Source of the DNA: Candidatus Pacearchaeota archaeon | GTDB taxonomy: Archaea; Nanobdellota; Nanobdellia; Pacearchaeales; GW2011-AR1 | Length of the DNA: 64,000 nucleotides | Direction of reading: 5' to 3' | NCBI GenBank assembly: GCA_041651235.1 | Contig: JBAZJQ010000002.1 | Span: 3,434 to 67,433, forward strand | Shown here: in pieces, positions 61,132 to 64,000 of the stretch | Layout of the letters: each line of letters begins with the position of its first letter | Position numbering within the stretch: the first letter of the stretch is position 1 | Notes under the pieces: model-generated | What the model was told of the DNA's origin: nothing | The model's input: only the letters and a program-made list of their open reading frames with translations | Database searches by the model: none | Made by a program: the position numbers and the translations under genes

Positions 61132-62376
61132 ATGAAAACAAAAGTTATTTTGGTTTCTTTTATAGCATTATTTGCTATAGCTCTTAGCTTGAACGCAGTT
61201 TTAGCTACATGTTCTACTAGTAATAGTGGATTTGTAACTATTGATAGAGTAGTTGCTGATGGTGTGTTATACCTTGATTGTGAGGATATAGCTGTAACTG
61301 TTGGTAATTCTATTGATATTGAAGTAGTTTTTACTGCAAATGCTGATGTAGATAACGCAAGAGTTAAAGTTTATACAGAAGGTTATAAAAACGATGTTAC
61401 TGAAACAAGTTCTGAGTTCAGACTTGTTAAAGACAAAACATACGTTAAAAAGTTTACTTTGAATATGCCTTCAAGTATGGATCTGGATACAGACCCTGAA
61501 AACTTAGCTCTTAATGTAAGAGTGTATGCTAAAGATGTAGACGCAGTTGAAAAGTCTTACAAGATTAGCGTGCAAAAAGAATCTTACAGTTTAGATATTT
61601 TATCTATAGAATCAGATAGTGAAGTAGTTGCTGGAGATACATTAGCTTTAGATGTTGTTGTTGAAAACAATGGCGCTAATAGATTAGATAATGTATATGT
61701 TAAGGCTTCTATTCCTGAATTAGGAATTTCAAAGAAAGTTTACTTTGGAGACATTGAATACACTGAAGACGATAATGATGAAGACATCAATGACGCAGTA
61801 GAGAAAACAATCTATTTGAACATACCAAGAAATTCAATACCAGGTGTTTATAATATAGAAGTTGAAGCAAGCAATTATGACGAAACAGTTAAAGCAAAGA
61901 AAAGCATAACAGTACAAAGTGTTGAAGCTGGTGTAATCCCAACTGTTACAGCAAAAACTGTAGCTATTGGTGGTGAAACAGAATTCGAACTAGTTCTTGT
62001 TAATACTAATGATAGAATGGTTGTTTATTCAATAACACCAGGTGAATCAGAAGGATTAATTGTAGAATCTGGTCAATCTATTGTAACTGTCCCTGCTGAT
62101 TCTAGTACAACTGTAAAAGTAAGAGTTAAAGCAACAGAAAGTGCAACTGAAGGTACACATTTAGTAACTGTTAATGTTAACAGTGAAAGCGGACTTGTAA
62201 GACAAGTTACTTTCAGCGCTAATGTGGAAGGAACATCTAGTACAACTACTAACACAGTATTTGTATTAACTGTTGTTCTTGCAATAGTCTTCGTAGTACT
62301 TTTAATAGTTTTAATAGTGCTTTTAACTAAGAAACCTGCAGAAACTGAAGAATTCGGAGAAACAAGTTATTATTAA
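61132..62376 (+). CDS. S-layer/CARDB-like surface protein with signal peptide and C-terminal TM anchor
   Basis: Signal sequence LVSFIALFAIALSLNAVLA. CARDB-like module VVAGDTLALDVVVENNGANRLDNVYVKASIPELG. Anchor VFVLTVVLAIVFVVLLIVLIVLL. Its codon usage differs from neighbours (GTT/GTA/ACT-rich), consistent with high expression. Confidence 0.6.
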   Translation: MKTKVILVSFIALFAIALSLNAVLATCSTSNSGFVTIDRVVADGVLYLDCEDIAVTVGNSIDIEVVFTANADVDNARVKVYTEGYKNDVTETSSEFRLVKDKTYVKKFTLNMPSSMDLDTDPENLALNVRVYAKDVDAVEKSYKISVQKESYSLDILSIESDSEVVAGDTLALDVVVENNGANRLDNVYVKASIPELGISKKVYFGDIEYTEDDNDEDINDAVEKTIYLNIPRNSIPGVYNIEVEASNYDETVKAKKSITVQSVEAGVIPTVTAKTVAIGGETEFELVLVNTNDRMVVYSITPGESEGLIVESGQSIVTVPADSSTTVKVRVKATESATEGTHLVTVNVNSESGLVRQVTFSANVEGTSSTTTNTVFVLTVVLAIVFVVLLIVLIVLLTKKPAETEEFGETSYY

Positions 62377-62494
62377 ATTTTTTATTTTTTATTTTTTTTA
62401 TAATTTGTTTTTATGAAGAATTTTTTATTTATTTTAAATATCAATTATCCGCAAACCTTTTAAACGAATATTTATTATATGAACTCCAATAAAA

Positions 62495-62773
62495 ATGGAA
62501 AATCAAAAACAAGACAAAACATTAGAATCTCAAATAGATATTTTAGGTTTAGTTGGTCTTGTTAAAAGATTAAGAACTACTCCTGAAACTCAAAGAGAAA
62601 CTATAAATCAATTAATCACTCAATATAATGTTTTATTAAAACAAATTCAGGGTTATGTTGAAAGTATACAAAATTCTGATTGTTATGCAAGAAGAAGAAA
62701 ACAATTAATGGATCTCCAAGATATTGCTGGACGAGTTATAGGTGATCATCAGAGATTATACCATCAGATTTAA
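62495..62773 (+). CDS. hypothetical helical protein
   Basis: 92-aa ORF with no motif recognised. Confidence 0.4.
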   Translation: MENQKQDKTLESQIDILGLVGLVKRLRTTPETQRETINQLITQYNVLLKQIQGYVESIQNSDCYARRRKQLMDLQDIAGRVIGDHQRLYHQI

Positions 62774-62862
62774 ACTTCTAAGCTATTACAACTATAAAGT
62801 AGTAATAAATAGGAATATTTAAATAGTCTATTTATCTATATAAATTATGAGGTAAACCAAAA

Positions 62863-63756
62863 ATGGCTGAAATAAATACAAATCACAGAACAGATCACAA
62901 TCTTATTTGTCCTACTGCTAAATTAGTAGCTTATGCTAGAGCAAACTCAGATATTCCTTATTCAAGAGAGATCTCAGATATTGTTGGAGCAGAGCAAGTT
63001 TCAAAAGAGCTTTTAGGAGAAAATTTTGAATTTGGAAATGGTTTTTTAGCCCCTTATATGGAAGCTAGATTTAAAGCACAAAGTAAATATTTACATGGAA
63101 AAAGCATTCTTGAGCTAGCTGTAGGAATTTTACCAAGAGGCTTAATAGAAACTTCTAATCCTAGAATAACTTATGTTGGAACTGACCTCCAAGAAATGAT
63201 TGGGGAAACTAAATCTGTTATGAATAAAGTTATTAATAGAAATAATTTATCTAGACCAAATTTACATTTTGAAACTGCAAATGCCTTAGATTATGAACAA
63301 CTTAAAGAAGCATCAAAATATTTTAATGGAGGAGATTTCAGTGCAAGTTTTGAAGGATTATTTGTATATTTAAATAGAGATGAACAAAGATCGTTATTAA
63401 GTAATTTGAGAAAATTAGTAAATCCTGGACATGGGTTTGTTGTAACTCCCGATATAAGTGATTTAGAAACTAGTGTAAAACGTAGAGCAACATGGGATGA
63501 AGATTTTAAACAAAATGTAGTTAAAGTTTTACCTAAAATTACTAATGCAACTCAAAGAAATATCCTAGACAGTTTTTTTCCTACACAAAGTGAAGCAGAA
63601 AAATTTATAGGAGAATGTGGATTTTCTGCACAATTTTATCCCCTTTATGATGAAAGTTATAAATTGTCTACTGCACAAAATATTCCAGTGAAATATGAAA
63701 AGGATACTAATAATTTTGTTAAATCAATGAAAATTTGTGTTATGACTCCAAAATAA
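62863..63756 (+). CDS. class I SAM-dependent methyltransferase-like protein (LCM/TcmP-like N-terminus)
   Basis: CPTAKLVAYARANSDIPYSREISDIVGAEQ resembles the start of the COG3315 O-methyltransferase family. The motif I-like segment ILELAVGILPRG and YVGTDL follow. Confidence 0.45.
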   Translation: MAEINTNHRTDHNLICPTAKLVAYARANSDIPYSREISDIVGAEQVSKELLGENFEFGNGFLAPYMEARFKAQSKYLHGKSILELAVGILPRGLIETSNPRITYVGTDLQEMIGETKSVMNKVINRNNLSRPNLHFETANALDYEQLKEASKYFNGGDFSASFEGLFVYLNRDEQRSLLSNLRKLVNPGHGFVVTPDISDLETSVKRRATWDEDFKQNVVKVLPKITNATQRNILDSFFPTQSEAEKFIGECGFSAQFYPLYDESYKLSTAQNIPVKYEKDTNNFVKSMKICVMTPK

Positions 63757-63761
63757 GATAT

Positions 63762-64000
63762 TTAAACTTCCAGGCTTAATACTTTAGAAACTCCTTCTTG
63801 CATTGAAACTCCGTACAAAACAGAAGAAGATTCTGAAATAATAGAATCATTATGAGTAATAATAAGATATTGGCCTTCTTTCATGTACTTTTTTAATAGA
63901 TAAGCTAGTTTTTCTGAGTTTCTTCTATCAAGAGCTGCATCTATTTCATCAAATATATAGAAACAATAAGGCCTGAATTCCTGAATTGCGAAAATCAAAG
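63762..64000 (-). CDS. smc: SMC-family ATPase, C-terminal fragment (gene continues beyond the window end)
   Basis: Walker B/D-loop FYIFDEIDAALD followed by QYLIITHNDSII and VLYGVSMQEGVSKV, the typical SMC C-terminal head. Confidence 0.8.
   Translation of the reverse strand, partial: LIFAIQEFRPYCFYIFDEIDAALDRRNSEKLAYLLKKYMKEGQYLIITHNDSIISESSSVLYGVSMQEGVSKVLSLEV

Noticed and set aside
1056-62255. About 35 ORFs of 60-148 aa in the track lie antisense to, or out of frame within, long well-supported genes. Examples are 1056-1238, 2463-2696, 3003-3269, 4098-4370, 5829-6107, 8802-9011, 12737-12994, 13178-13369, 16254-16466, 19544-19792, 28539-28739, 29862-30074, 30440-30886, 30576-30806, 31220-31435, 32326-32601, 34787-35086, 35852-36121, 37942-38217, 39349-39612, 40301-40564, 40904-41086, 41654-41839, 45815-46009, 46826-47023, 50505-50939, 53756-53944, 54797-54979, 56814-57017, 57014-57217, 58141-58341, 58462-58758 and 62073-62255.
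   Set aside because: Their translations are low-complexity S/L/F/I-rich strings typical of shadow frames in AT-rich DNA. They have no motifs or start context, and each fully overlaps a gene with strong family signatures.
1-64000. CRISPR arrays, cas genes, rRNA genes, transposases/integrases, reverse transcriptase/DGR cassettes (common in DPANN), restriction-modification and other ATPase/nuclease-based defence systems.
   Set aside because: I looked for regularly spaced direct repeats, P-loop/helicase/nuclease motifs, YxDD reverse-transcriptase motifs and DDE/tyrosine-recombinase signatures among the ORFs. None were found. The only tandem repeats are trivial (for example the ACACAA run encoding TQTQT at about 43790).
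1-64000. Alternative genetic code or stop-codon reassignment.
   Set aside because: All conserved genes (rpoB, rpoA, EF-2, EF-1alpha, RNR, PpsA) are full-length and uninterrupted under the standard code and end at plausible positions.

Overview
AT-rich, very gene-dense chromosomal segment from a small-genome archaeon, most consistent with a DPANN-type lineage (inference from gene content, tiny genes and composition; no rRNA here to confirm). The archaeal information-processing backbone comprises the eL33 3' end, uL16/L10e, ThrRS with the archaeal editing domain, TrpRS, tRNA-Lys(UUU), rpoH-rpoB-rpoA, NusA, uS12, uS7, aEF-2, aEF-1alpha, archaeal DnaG and the SMC 3' end. Other blocks are a dNTP island (nrdR-nrdJ-trx-thyX), a long tightly coupled operon mixing ArsR/ArsM-type and Fe-S genes (NifS, IscU, DUF1858), PEP synthase, two or three large glycoprotein-like surface proteins, many small membrane or Cys-rich proteins, and small TA-like modules (VapBC, DUF4258/DUF2283, NTase-HEPN-like). 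No CRISPR array, rRNA, transposase, integrase, reverse transcriptase or classical ATPase/nuclease defence system was seen. The observations most worth following up are: (1) two tiny Cys-containing ORFs translationally packed between rpoB and a fused, shortened rpoA; (2) bacterial-type genes in an archaeal context: a sigma-70 family protein inside a LemA-sigma-PAP2-HtpX block, NrdR with two canonical tandem NrdR boxes, a secreted SLT lytic transglycosylase cassette, and an ArmA/Rmt-like 16S rRNA methyltransferase; (3) unannotated micro-genes below the ORF-track cutoff: a 27-aa metallothionein-like peptide, a ferredoxin, two paralogous RHH proteins and a 30-aa TM peptide; (4) a dense family of MITE-like intergenic repeats, with at least 13 full or partial copies. 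Typical initiation is a TATA-like TTTAWATA box about 29-30 nt before the ATG (leaderless-like) for first genes. Internal genes use GGAGG Shine-Dalgarno sites or stop/start coupling (ATGA, TAATG, or stop+1 nt+ATG).
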